NCBI GenBank assembly: GCA_016871535.1
Contig: VHCZ01000005.1
Span: 530-64,529, forward strand
DNA length: 64,000 nucleotides
Direction of reading: 5' to 3'
DNA from: Verrucomicrobiota bacterium
Lineage (GTDB): Bacteria > Verrucomicrobiota > Verrucomicrobiia > Limisphaerales > SIBE01
Positions within the stretch are counted from its first letter, which is position 1. Every line of letters begins with the position of its first letter. A model generated the notes under the pieces. The model did no database searches. It worked only from the letters and a program-made list of their open reading frames with translations, and was not told the origin of the DNA. Positions 1 through 7,948 of the stretch are shown in pieces. The position numbers were made by a program, and so were the translations under genes.

Positions 1-355
1 GCCGCGTCAAGCGCTCCTGAATTCGAGGAGTCAACGGGATGATAAGAGCCGGCTCCTTGTTGGCTGTGGCGCGATTGACAGGGGGCGGCGACGGTCGCGG
101 AGCCGGAGGTTTCGGGCTGGGCGGCGGGGCCTGGGGAGGCGGTGGCAAAGGTTCGGCGAGCGCCGGTTCGTTCTCTTCGATCTGCTCGACGGCTGGATCA
201 GCAACGGGCTCAGGCACAGGCTCCGGAGTTCGGAACATGGACGGCGGCTCGGGGAGGTTTTGCAGCAACGCCTGGGTCCGGGCCTTCTCCTCGGCGAGGA
301 CAGCCTCTCGTAATCCTTTGAGTTCTTTGAGAGAGCTGGAGGCTTTGCTGCTCAT
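1..355 (-). CDS. hypothetical proline-rich protein (N-terminal part; ORF runs off the window edge)
   Basis: My own translation of the - strand from ATG 355..353 is open to position 1 (MSSKASSSLKELKGLREAVLAEEKARTQALLQNLPEPPSMFRTPEPVPEP...PLPPPPQAPPPSPKPPAPRPSPPPVNRATANKEPALIIPL...). The ATG overlaps the TGA of the upstream ParA-like gene (ATGA at 352..355). It is absent from the ORF track because it has no stop in the window. No family recognised. Confidence 0.45.
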   Translation of the reverse strand, partial: MSSKASSSLKELKGLREAVLAEEKARTQALLQNLPEPPSMFRTPEPVPEPVADPAVEQIEENEPALAEPLPPPPQAPPPSPKPPAPRPSPPPVNRATANKEPALIIPLTPRIQERLTR

Positions 356-939
356 TTAAGGATTTCGAGCGCCAGCGAAAATATTTTCTCCCGATTCTTT
401 CCTAAGACGGCGGTAAACCCCTCGATCTGCACGTTCTCATACGACGCCGCCAGGGGTAGAGAGTTCTTCAGGACTGGCAAACCGAGATCTTGCGCCATCT
501 CCAGCTCATCCTGGCGCCCTACCAAGGTGCGGTTCCGGACTTTGTTGAAGAGGATCATGGCTTTGGCTTCGGGCCGCATGTACTTTTTGACCAGTTCAAT
601 CATGGGGATCGACGCCTGAGTGCTAAACAGGCTCTTTTCCGAAACAATGACCAAGCGATCGCTGGATTGAATGATGGTCCGAAAGAAGCCCTCGTGCTCC
701 TCCTGGTTCAGATCGATCCGCCCCGGAGTGTCGCAGATAATCACCTCCGCCGTGGGGCATTCATGAATCATCGGCAGCTTGCCGATCTTATTTGTCCACA
801 TCGTGAGGGAGCCCTGGCTGTCGGTATCTTCAAAGGCCACCTGGTATCCCGCAGCGCTCAGAGCGGCGCCGATCAGAACGGTCGAGGTGGATTTCCCAAC
901 CCCTCCCTTCTGGTTCAAAAATGTTATCTTCAACGGCAT
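352..939 (-). CDS. ParA/Soj-family P-loop ATPase (small, about 195 aa)
   Basis: Deviant Walker A KGGVGKST in MPLKITFLNQKGGVGKSTSTVLIGAALSAAGYQVAFEDTDSQGSL. Start set to ATG 939 (M16 of track ORF 352..984) because AAGGG lies 6-10 nt upstream. Confidence 0.85.
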   Translation of the reverse strand: MPLKITFLNQKGGVGKSTSTVLIGAALSAAGYQVAFEDTDSQGSLTMWTNKIGKLPMIHECPTAEVIICDTPGRIDLNQEEHEGFFRTIIQSSDRLVIVSEKSLFSTQASIPMIELVKKYMRPEAKAMILFNKVRNRTLVGRQDELEMAQDLGLPVLKNSLPLAASYENVQIEGFTAVLGKNREKIFSLALEILK

Positions 940-1101
940 AACAACCCTTGATGAACTACCAAACTCTGGTAAATAATCCAACACAAACTTGCCGACTCAC
1001 TGAGCCGGCTTCATTTATGACTCCGCTATCCTCCACGGCCACGCTCGAACCGGCTTTGCGCGAAACAGCCGTGCCCTCGACGGCCATCTCCCGGTTGCCC
1101 T

Positions 1102-1965
1102 ATGGGTGTTGATATACTCTGTTTGCTTTTGGGACTCGGCGTGGGTTTCGGGACCGGCTGGCTGGCTCATCGGGGCCGGCAAGCTTCGCTCCTGCGGCTT
1201 GCGGAAGAGGAAAAACGCGCCCTGGAGGCAAACCAGAATGCGATCCAGATCGAACTCGCCAAGTTTGCCGAGCGAAACCGAATTCTTGACGACCAGCGCC
1301 AGACGCTTCAGGGTGAGTTGGCGCAAGAGCGGCAATTCAATATCTCCTTGCACGCGGAGCTTTCCAGGGAGCGCGCCAGCCGAAGTCACCTCGAGCAAAA
1401 GCTCGAACACCAGAAGACGGACCTTTCCCAGTTTCAAAACCGGCTCAGCCAGGAGTTCAAAAACGTCGTTCAGCAAGTTCTCGAGGAAAAGTCGCAGACT
1501 TTGAGCGATCTCAACAAGACCAACCTCAACCTGCTGCTCCAGCCGATTTCGGAGAAACTCCAGGATTTCAAACAAAAGATCGAGGAACAGCATTATCGGG
1601 AAACGCGCGAGTTGATCGTGCTGCACAACAAGCTGGCCAACCTGGAATCAGGCCGCTGGCGGCAGAGCAATGGCGCGCCCGTCACCGCCCCGCCCGCGAA
1701 CATTGTCTTTCCTCCGGCGAATGTGCCCGCGGTTGCCGATCAACCTGAGGCTTCCCCGCCGCCATTTGAGAAGGAAGTTGCTGACGCGCCCGCAGACGCG
1801 CCGGAACCGGAAGAAACCCGCAATGTCACGCCGCAGGAAAGGCCGCCAGAGCATCTTCGCGACGATGAAACGTTCCAGGGCTTTTCCCCAAAGCAACAAG
1901 TTGAGATCGACAATTTTCTGAAGCGCACTCTGGGTCGGCTGCAGAAAAAGAAGCCGGGAGAATAG
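1102..1965 (+). CDS. RmuC-like N-terminal membrane anchor and coiled coil, lacking the RmuC C-terminal (nuclease-like) domain; possible gene remnant
   Basis: N-terminal hydrophobic segment followed by a long coiled coil. The block SQEFKNVVQQVLEEKSQTLSDLNKTNLNLLLQPISEKLQDFKQKIEEQHYRETRELIVLHNKL matches my recollection of the conserved central block of RmuC proteins. The last ~100 aa are Pro/Ala/Glu-rich low complexity. No frame downstream encodes the missing domain. Confidence 0.6.
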   Translation: MGVDILCLLLGLGVGFGTGWLAHRGRQASLLRLAEEEKRALEANQNAIQIELAKFAERNRILDDQRQTLQGELAQERQFNISLHAELSRERASRSHLEQKLEHQKTDLSQFQNRLSQEFKNVVQQVLEEKSQTLSDLNKTNLNLLLQPISEKLQDFKQKIEEQHYRETRELIVLHNKLANLESGRWRQSNGAPVTAPPANIVFPPANVPAVADQPEASPPPFEKEVADAPADAPEPEETRNVTPQERPPEHLRDDETFQGFSPKQQVEIDNFLKRTLGRLQKKKPGE

Positions 1966-2208
1966 ACGCCTTGGCCAGCCCTGTTGGCCCCGTATTTCGC
2001 CCCAGGTTCTTTGCACTTGATTTAATCCCTGGTTGCGGCAAGTAATCTCCGCGTAGAGACACAGTCAATAAACCCAGAGTCGCGAAGTTCCGCCCAATAT
2101 CAGCGTTGTCCAGTTGTAATCCGAGACACGTGAAGCCGTCACTCCCGCCTGCAATTCACACGAATCCGTTCGAAGCTCGCGCGCGGCTCCTCCAGCACAC
2201 CAACTCAT

Positions 2209-3609
2209 ATGAAAAGTGATCGACTAGATACCCACCAGAAAGCGTTGCGCGTCAATTTGGACCCAACCAAGTACGGAGTTTTTGCTGAAATCGGGGCTGG
2301 ACAGGAAGTGGCGCGGTGGTTCTTCCGCGTCGGCGGAGCTGCCGGCACCATCGCGAAAACCATGTCCGCATACGACATGACTATCAGCGACGCCATCTAT
2401 GGGCCGAGCAAACGGTACGTGAGCCGTGAGCGGCTGCAAAAGATGCTGGAGCACGAGTACGAGTTGCTTTACGAGCGTTTGAAGGAGAAGCGAGGCAGCA
2501 ATACCAAGTTTTTTGTGTTTGCCGACACCGTGACTGCACGCAGCTTTACACGGCCGGACGAAGGCCAAGGCTGGATGGGAATCCGCATGCAAGTTCAGCC
2601 CGGTGGACCTCCGTCGGACATCATCATCCACGTGCGGATGCTGGACAAGGAAAACGTCCAGCAGCAGGAAACGCTCGGCACTATGGGGGTCAATCTGATT
2701 TATGGGGCGATATTCCTGCATCAAGATCCGGAAGAATTGATCTCGTCGCTAATGGACGGATTGACACCTGAGCGCGTCGAGGTGGACATGATCAAGTTCT
2801 CCGGGCCGGCTTTCGAGAAAGTCGATAACCGTTTGATGAGCCTGCAATTGGTCCAAAAGGGGTTGGCGCTGGCGGCGATGTTCAACGCCGACGGCGAAGT
2901 TGTGCAGGCGGCTGAGGTCCTTTACAAAAAACCGATCTTGGTCGAGCGCGGCAGTTTTCGCCCGGTCACTAAAACCACGCTGCACATGCTTCAATGCTCG
3001 CTCGCCCAGCTTGTTCAAGAGCCGCAAATCCAGGGAGACCAAGTGGTCGTGCTCCTGGAAATGACGCTGAAAAACCTCACTGATGGCGGGGTCATCGACT
3101 ACAAAGATTTCCTCGATCGAGTGGATATCCTGAGCTCGGTCGGCAAAACCGTCTTGATATCGAACTATCTGGAGTATCATCGGCTGGCGACTTACTTCTT
3201 CCGTAACACGAAGCAGTTGATTGGAGTGGCGTTGGGAGTTCCCACGCTGCGGGAGCTTTTTGAAGAGAAATATTACACGGATCTGGATGGGGGCATCCTC
3301 GAATCCTTTGGCCGGCTCTTTCGAAACGGACTGCGGCTCTATGTCTATCCTTACAAGGATCCGACTTCCGGGAGCGTGCTGACCGCAGGGAATCTGCGCG
3401 TGGCTTCGCACTTAAGGCATCTTTACGCCTATCTTATCGAAAACCAGTACATCCTGGGGTTGCGCGACTACGAAGAAAGTTACCTCTCCTATTTCTCCCG
3501 GGACGCGCTGGCCAAGATTCGGTCTGGCGATGCCGCCTGGGAAGAAATGGTTCCCCCGCAGGTTGCGAAGACGATCAAGGAGCGCAAGCTTCTCGGATAC
3601 AAGGGCTGA
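2209..3609 (+). CDS. conserved hypothetical protein (466 aa), family not placed
   Basis: Long ORF with non-repetitive globular-looking sequence, followed by a hairpin/T-run. The N-terminal block YGVFAEIGAGQEVARWFFRVGGAAGTIAKTMSAYDM looks like a conserved motif, but I cannot name the family. Confidence 0.7.
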   Translation: MKSDRLDTHQKALRVNLDPTKYGVFAEIGAGQEVARWFFRVGGAAGTIAKTMSAYDMTISDAIYGPSKRYVSRERLQKMLEHEYELLYERLKEKRGSNTKFFVFADTVTARSFTRPDEGQGWMGIRMQVQPGGPPSDIIIHVRMLDKENVQQQETLGTMGVNLIYGAIFLHQDPEELISSLMDGLTPERVEVDMIKFSGPAFEKVDNRLMSLQLVQKGLALAAMFNADGEVVQAAEVLYKKPILVERGSFRPVTKTTLHMLQCSLAQLVQEPQIQGDQVVVLLEMTLKNLTDGGVIDYKDFLDRVDILSSVGKTVLISNYLEYHRLATYFFRNTKQLIGVALGVPTLRELFEEKYYTDLDGGILESFGRLFRNGLRLYVYPYKDPTSGSVLTAGNLRVASHLRHLYAYLIENQYILGLRDYEESYLSYFSRDALAKIRSGDAAWEEMVPPQVAKTIKERKLLGYKG

Positions 3610-3611
3610 TT

Positions 3612-3627
3612 TGGCATTGACAGTGCT
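3612..3627 (+). promoter_or_regulatory. sigma54-like -24/-12 motif TGGCATTGACAGTGCT
   Basis: GG-N10-GC spacing is exact; TGGCAT (5/6) and GTGC (3/4) versus TGGCAC-N5-TTGC. It lies 3 nt after the stop of the 466-aa gene and ~40 nt before a terminator hairpin, so it may be a chance match. Confidence 0.3.
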
Positions 3628-3664
3628 TTTAGCGCACGCGACACTTTTAGCCGGAAAAAAATGA

Positions 3665-3705
3665 CAGGCACCGTGGCAAAACACCCAGGTGCCTGGGTAT
3701 TTTTT
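3665..3705 (+). terminator. Rho-independent terminator
   Basis: Perfect 8-bp stem CAGGCACC (3665-3672) / GGTGCCTG (3688-3695) with a 15-nt loop, followed by GGTATTTTTT (T6 at 3700-3705). Confidence 0.6.
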
Positions 3706-3794
3706 GTCCGGCGCACGTAATTCCTTGTGCCGCGCGCATGCGCGTTGCAAGTGCTAACGAGTCTAAGGCCCTCTTTGGGCTGCGACACTGTGCT

Positions 3795-4397
3795 ATGAGC
3801 CAAAAGACTTTCACATCACCCGCGACCTGGATTCCAAAGCTTTCGATCACCGTCGTCGTGGCGGCATTCATTCTCGTCTCCAGCCGTTGCCAAGTCTATT
3901 CTCAGGCAAGCAAGACTCAGGCATCTAAGAAATCACCGGCCTCGCCTGCTCCCGCCAGTCCTAAGCCAACCTCAAACCAAGGCTACCTGAGCAAGGCCGC
4001 ACCGTCCGGATTGAGGTTTGCCCCGCCGCCCAAGCCGCCCGTTGCGTACTTGCCACCATTGCCGATCACGTACGACCCGCAGCCTGTGTTTAGCTCCGAC
4101 TTTGCCCCTCCGACGACGGATTTGCCCCTTGGGAAAGGGGCACCATCAGCGCCACCCCCGACCGTGGTAGGTCCATCAGTGACTTCGCTCATCAGTAATT
4201 TCTCCACGAATCGTATCCAGGGCCAGATTCCTGCGGCGCCGGTAGATTTGGGGTCAGTGAGTCCCCAAATGCTCGTCCGATTCTTTTCAACCGGGAAGCC
4301 GAATGAGGTGGAATTGGTTCTGACCAACGCAGTGAGCTTCCGGGTGCCCGTCCGAGAGGATAAACCTTCAAGCTCTGCGAGTTACGAGGTTAAGTAA
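3795..4397 (+). CDS. secreted or membrane-anchored proline-rich hypothetical protein
   Basis: Track ORF 3738..4397. The internal ATG at 3795 gives MSQKTFTSPATWIPKLSITVVVAAFILVSSRCQVYSQ (signal/anchor-like), then a Pro/Ser/Ala-rich region. Only a 16-nt gap to the next gene. Confidence 0.55.
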   Translation: MSQKTFTSPATWIPKLSITVVVAAFILVSSRCQVYSQASKTQASKKSPASPAPASPKPTSNQGYLSKAAPSGLRFAPPPKPPVAYLPPLPITYDPQPVFSSDFAPPTTDLPLGKGAPSAPPPTVVGPSVTSLISNFSTNRIQGQIPAAPVDLGSVSPQMLVRFFSTGKPNEVELVLTNAVSFRVPVREDKPSSSASYEVK

Positions 4398-4413
4398 GAC
4401 CTGGGAACCACCC

Positions 4414-5763
4414 ATGAACACAGCGAAAACTGACCTCAGGTATCTTTGGTGCGTGGCCTGTGGAATCCTGTCGTTTGCCTGGCAACTGAATTCTGCCGAA
4501 CACTCCGCCTCAGGCCACAGCGAACCCGCGGCCACGCCTCCCTCTGCGCATGCTCCTCCAGCCACCAAACCTGCAAAGCCACTGGAATTGCCGAGCGATC
4601 TCACCATCGGAAAGAGCACGAACGACAATCTCTCTTTCAAAGCGATGCCAGAGTATCAATTGAGGCAAAGCGCGGAGGCTGTGGAGAAACTCCAGCGCGT
4701 TCGGGAATTGCGGGGCGAATCGAATGAGTTGTTCGAAGTCACAAAGATGCTTCGGGAAATCCTGAACAGCGGCGCCAGCAAGGATATCAAGATCGATATC
4801 AAGCGTTTGGCCCGGCTGCAACTGGCAGAAATCGCCGAGGCGAAAGTCGATTACGAGAACGCGCTGCAACTGCTTGCCGAATATATCGAAATCTTCCCGA
4901 CCGACACGATTGTCCCGGAGGTTCTGCTTCGCCAAGGATACATTCTGCGCAAGATGGGCGCCAGTGACCTGGCCATCTCGAAATTCTATCTGGTTGGAAC
5001 CGCAGCGACGCGGCTGCCCGTCGAAGACCTTCTCTATAGTCAACGTGTGACGCTCACTGCGAAGTCGGAGATTGCCGATACCACTTACTCACAAGGCAAA
5101 TACAAGGAGGCAGCGAAGTTTTACGAAGTCTTGCTCCAGGATCAAAGCGATGAACTGAATCGCGTTGTCATCAAGACCAAGCTCATTCGAGCCCTGGCAG
5201 ATGCCAAAGACCACAACGCCACTATCAAGCAGGGATTGGATTTCTTGGAACAGTACGGTGCCTCTGAGTATCAAGCAGAAGTTCGCTATCTCCTTGCCTC
5301 GGCCTACCAGATTTCCGGTCAAAAGCAGGAGGCCTTGCGCGAACTGATGCGACTCTTGGAAGCCGTCGAAGTTGCTCCGGAGAACTTGGCCAGCAAGTGG
5401 AAGGGCTGGAAAATGAAGGCTGGAAACGAAATTGGGAACCAGCTCTACCTCGAAGGAGATTTCCCCAATGCCGTCCAGGTGTATCGGGGGTTGGTCGGTC
5501 TGGATACTTCGCCAAGCTGGCAGCTTCCGCTCTACTACCAGGTGGGACTTTGCTGTGAGAAACTTGAGCAGCCTGCGGAAGCCCTGAAAGCCTATAGCGA
5601 AATCGTGGCGCTCGCCCAGAAAGACCCCGCCCAACTCTCCGAGAACCTTCAGTTTCTGGTGAGCATGGCGCGCGTTCGCATCGAAATCCTCTCTTGGGGG
5701 CTGTCGCTTGGAGCAGTGCCGCGCGCGACGGCAGAGACGAAAGTCGCTCAGAAACAAAACTGA
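4414..5763 (+). CDS. TPR-repeat protein with N-terminal signal-like segment
   Basis: N-terminus LRYLWCVACGILSFAWQLNSAEH. Repeated 34-aa-type helical pairs (e.g. YENALQLLAEYIEIFP, YKEAAKFYEVLLQ, FPNAVQVYRGLVGLD, PAEALKAYSEIVALAQ). Confidence 0.75.
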   Translation: MNTAKTDLRYLWCVACGILSFAWQLNSAEHSASGHSEPAATPPSAHAPPATKPAKPLELPSDLTIGKSTNDNLSFKAMPEYQLRQSAEAVEKLQRVRELRGESNELFEVTKMLREILNSGASKDIKIDIKRLARLQLAEIAEAKVDYENALQLLAEYIEIFPTDTIVPEVLLRQGYILRKMGASDLAISKFYLVGTAATRLPVEDLLYSQRVTLTAKSEIADTTYSQGKYKEAAKFYEVLLQDQSDELNRVVIKTKLIRALADAKDHNATIKQGLDFLEQYGASEYQAEVRYLLASAYQISGQKQEALRELMRLLEAVEVAPENLASKWKGWKMKAGNEIGNQLYLEGDFPNAVQVYRGLVGLDTSPSWQLPLYYQVGLCCEKLEQPAEALKAYSEIVALAQKDPAQLSENLQFLVSMARVRIEILSWGLSLGAVPRATAETKVAQKQN

Positions 5764-5787
5764 CGGTTGAGTTCAACCGGAACGACC

Positions 5788-6225
5788 ATGAGTCAGGCAG
5801 CGACGACCGAGCCTTTAGAGACTTTCGTAGATGAATTGCGGCATTACTTCAGGATCTGCGAGGAGATTCATTCGGTCGTTCGGCGCGAGAATCAGTATCT
5901 CAATTCCAAGGAACCTCAAGGAATCCACCAGTTTCAGCAGACCCGAAAAGACATTCTGGAGCGGTTGAGTGACGCCCAGATGCGGCTGTCGATTCACAAG
6001 ACCTCCTGGTTGCGCGTCCCGCCAGGGGCTCGCGCCAAACGGCCTGAGGTCGGCCACCTGATCCGGCAAACCCTCGACCTGATAATGAAGACCATCGTGC
6101 TGGATCGGGAGAATGAACAACTACTCCTGCGGCACCAGATGGTCCCGCCCAATCGCCTCCCTTCGGCGAACCGACAAAACCCGCATTTCGTGGCCCGGCT
6201 TTACACGGGCAAGAGAGCTTCTTGA
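5788..6225 (+). CDS. small helical/coiled-coil protein, FlgN-like by eye
   Basis: The track ORF starts at TTG 5767; the first ATG is 5788. The sequence ETFVDELRHYFRICEEIHSVVRRENQYLNSKEPQGIHQFQQTRKDILERLSDAQMRL resembles FlgN-type chaperone helices. It sits directly upstream of the sigma54 activator. Confidence 0.5.
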   Translation: MSQAATTEPLETFVDELRHYFRICEEIHSVVRRENQYLNSKEPQGIHQFQQTRKDILERLSDAQMRLSIHKTSWLRVPPGARAKRPEVGHLIRQTLDLIMKTIVLDRENEQLLLRHQMVPPNRLPSANRQNPHFVARLYTGKRAS

Positions 6226-6240
6226 CAGAGACTGTATCCG

Positions 6241-7707
6241 ATGCCTATCGAGAAAGTCATCCTGGTGGAAGACGAGGAGTTTCTTCGGAAGAATCTCGCG
6301 CATTACCTGCGGGGTCGGCGGATTGATGTCGCTGCCGTCGAGACGATTGAGGACGCGCAAAGCTATCTTGCCAGGGACAATTTCGATTTGATGTTCCTGG
6401 ATCTCCGTTTGCCGGATGGGGACGGGACGGAGTTTTTGAAGGAACTCAATCTCCGTCCGAGCAAACCGCTGATCGTCATAATGACCGGATTTGGTTCCGT
6501 GGAATCTGCGGTCGAATGTATGCGATGCGGCGCGTTCGACTACTTGATCAAGCCGTTCTCGAACGACCAGATTGATGTTGCGCTCAAGAAGGCCGAGAAA
6601 TTCACCCACATCCTCAAGGTTAACCAGTACTTCAGCCTCAACGAGGACCAGGAAAGTCAGAATGAGTTGCTGGGCAAGAGCAAAGCCATGGATCAACTCC
6701 GGCAACTCATCAGAAAGATCGCCCAGACTCAGGCGACGGTCCTCATCCAAGGGGAGAGTGGAACGGGAAAGGAGCTGGTCGCCAGAGCCTTGCACCGGCT
6801 CAGCCCTCGGTCAGGGGCGCCGTTCATCAAGGTGAATTGCGCCGCGTTGCCGGAAAACCTGGTTGAAAGCGAACTCTTTGGGCATGAGAAGGGCGCGTTC
6901 ACAGGCGCGCTCAACAAGAGGGAAGGCCGATTTGAACTCGCGCACGGTGGCACGATCCTGCTGGATGAGATCAGCGAGATTTCGCTCGCGATGCAGGCGA
7001 AACTGCTTCGCGTCCTTCAGGAAAGAGAATTCGAGCGCGTCGGCGGAACCCGCACGATCAAGGTGGACGTCCGCGTGCTTGCTACCACTAATCGAAAGCT
7101 GGAGGAAAGCGTTGAGAAAGGCGAGTTCAGGCAGGACCTTTATTTCCGCCTGAACGTCGTGCCGATTCATGTCGCCTCTTTGCGTGAGCGACCCGAAGAC
7201 GTCCTTTTCCTCGCGGAGAATTTTGCGCACCGCTTTGTGCGCAAACACGGGGTCAACGTGCGGGGATTAACCCCTGGGGCTCATCAAATCCTGCTGGGCC
7301 ACAAATGGCCGGGCAACGTCCGGGAACTGCAGAACGTAATTGAGCGCGCCGTGATTCTCTGCGAACCCGAAAGCTGCATCGGCTCCGAGCATTTGAACCT
7401 GGACTCGGGCGCCGCCAAGCATCAAGAGGTTCGCGAGGCATCCAACGGGCGGCCAGCCGAGATTGCCCAGGAGGATCAGCCCTTTCTGTCGCTTTACGAG
7501 ATCGAAAAGAAGCACATTCTGAATGCGCTGGATCTTTGCCAGCAGAACCGCACTCAAGCAGCAAAGCTCCTCGACATCAATATCCGGACCCTCCGAAACA
7601 AGCTCAACGAATACAAGCTGGCGTCACCCGAGCCATCCGCCCGCACCAGACCTCCAGGCCGAGAAGCTGCACCAACGGACGGTCCGTCATTCCAAGCGGA
7701 ACGTTAG
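6241..7707 (+). CDS. sigma54-dependent response regulator (NtrC family; FleR/FlrC-like by context)
   Basis: REC domain (ILVEDEEFLRKNL...DLMFLDLRLPDGDG). AAA+ domain with GESGTGKE Walker A and the sigma54-contact GAFTGA motif (EKGAFTGA). C-terminal Fis-type HTH (NRTQAAKLLDINIRTLRNKL). No histidine kinase is adjacent. Confidence 0.93.
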   Translation: MPIEKVILVEDEEFLRKNLAHYLRGRRIDVAAVETIEDAQSYLARDNFDLMFLDLRLPDGDGTEFLKELNLRPSKPLIVIMTGFGSVESAVECMRCGAFDYLIKPFSNDQIDVALKKAEKFTHILKVNQYFSLNEDQESQNELLGKSKAMDQLRQLIRKIAQTQATVLIQGESGTGKELVARALHRLSPRSGAPFIKVNCAALPENLVESELFGHEKGAFTGALNKREGRFELAHGGTILLDEISEISLAMQAKLLRVLQEREFERVGGTRTIKVDVRVLATTNRKLEESVEKGEFRQDLYFRLNVVPIHVASLRERPEDVLFLAENFAHRFVRKHGVNVRGLTPGAHQILLGHKWPGNVRELQNVIERAVILCEPESCIGSEHLNLDSGAAKHQEVREASNGRPAEIAQEDQPFLSLYEIEKKHILNALDLCQQNRTQAAKLLDINIRTLRNKLNEYKLASPEPSARTRPPGREAAPTDGPSFQAER

Positions 7708-7887
7708 TCAAACGGACCGAAAACGGGGATAAATTGGGCGCTGGAGAGTAATGGAGTATTGGGTTCAGGCTTGGCAACCTCCACTTCCCTCCTTTTCTCC
7801 GTTACTCCAATACTCCTCTACTCCCCTGCCCCCGGACTCTCCAAAGGATCGTGTGTATCCAGGTGTCCTCCCCCTCTCCCGCCTTTC

Positions 7888-7903
7888 TGGCTTACAATTT
7901 GCT
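7888..7903 (+). promoter_or_regulatory. sigma54 promoter TGGCTTACAATTTGCT upstream of fliD
   Basis: TGGC..-N-..TTGCT with exact GG-N10-GC spacing, 45 nt upstream of the fliD ATG. A sigma54 activator gene is immediately upstream. Confidence 0.6.
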
Positions 7904-7948
7904 CCGCCTCACACATTTGCTGTCAAAGTTGTGACGTCACTGTAAAGC

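Noticed and set aside
39-359. 106-aa Gly-rich + strand ORF at the left edge
   Set aside because: Low-complexity mirror image of the Pro-rich - strand ORF, which is translationally coupled to the ParA-like gene. The - strand reading is more plausible.
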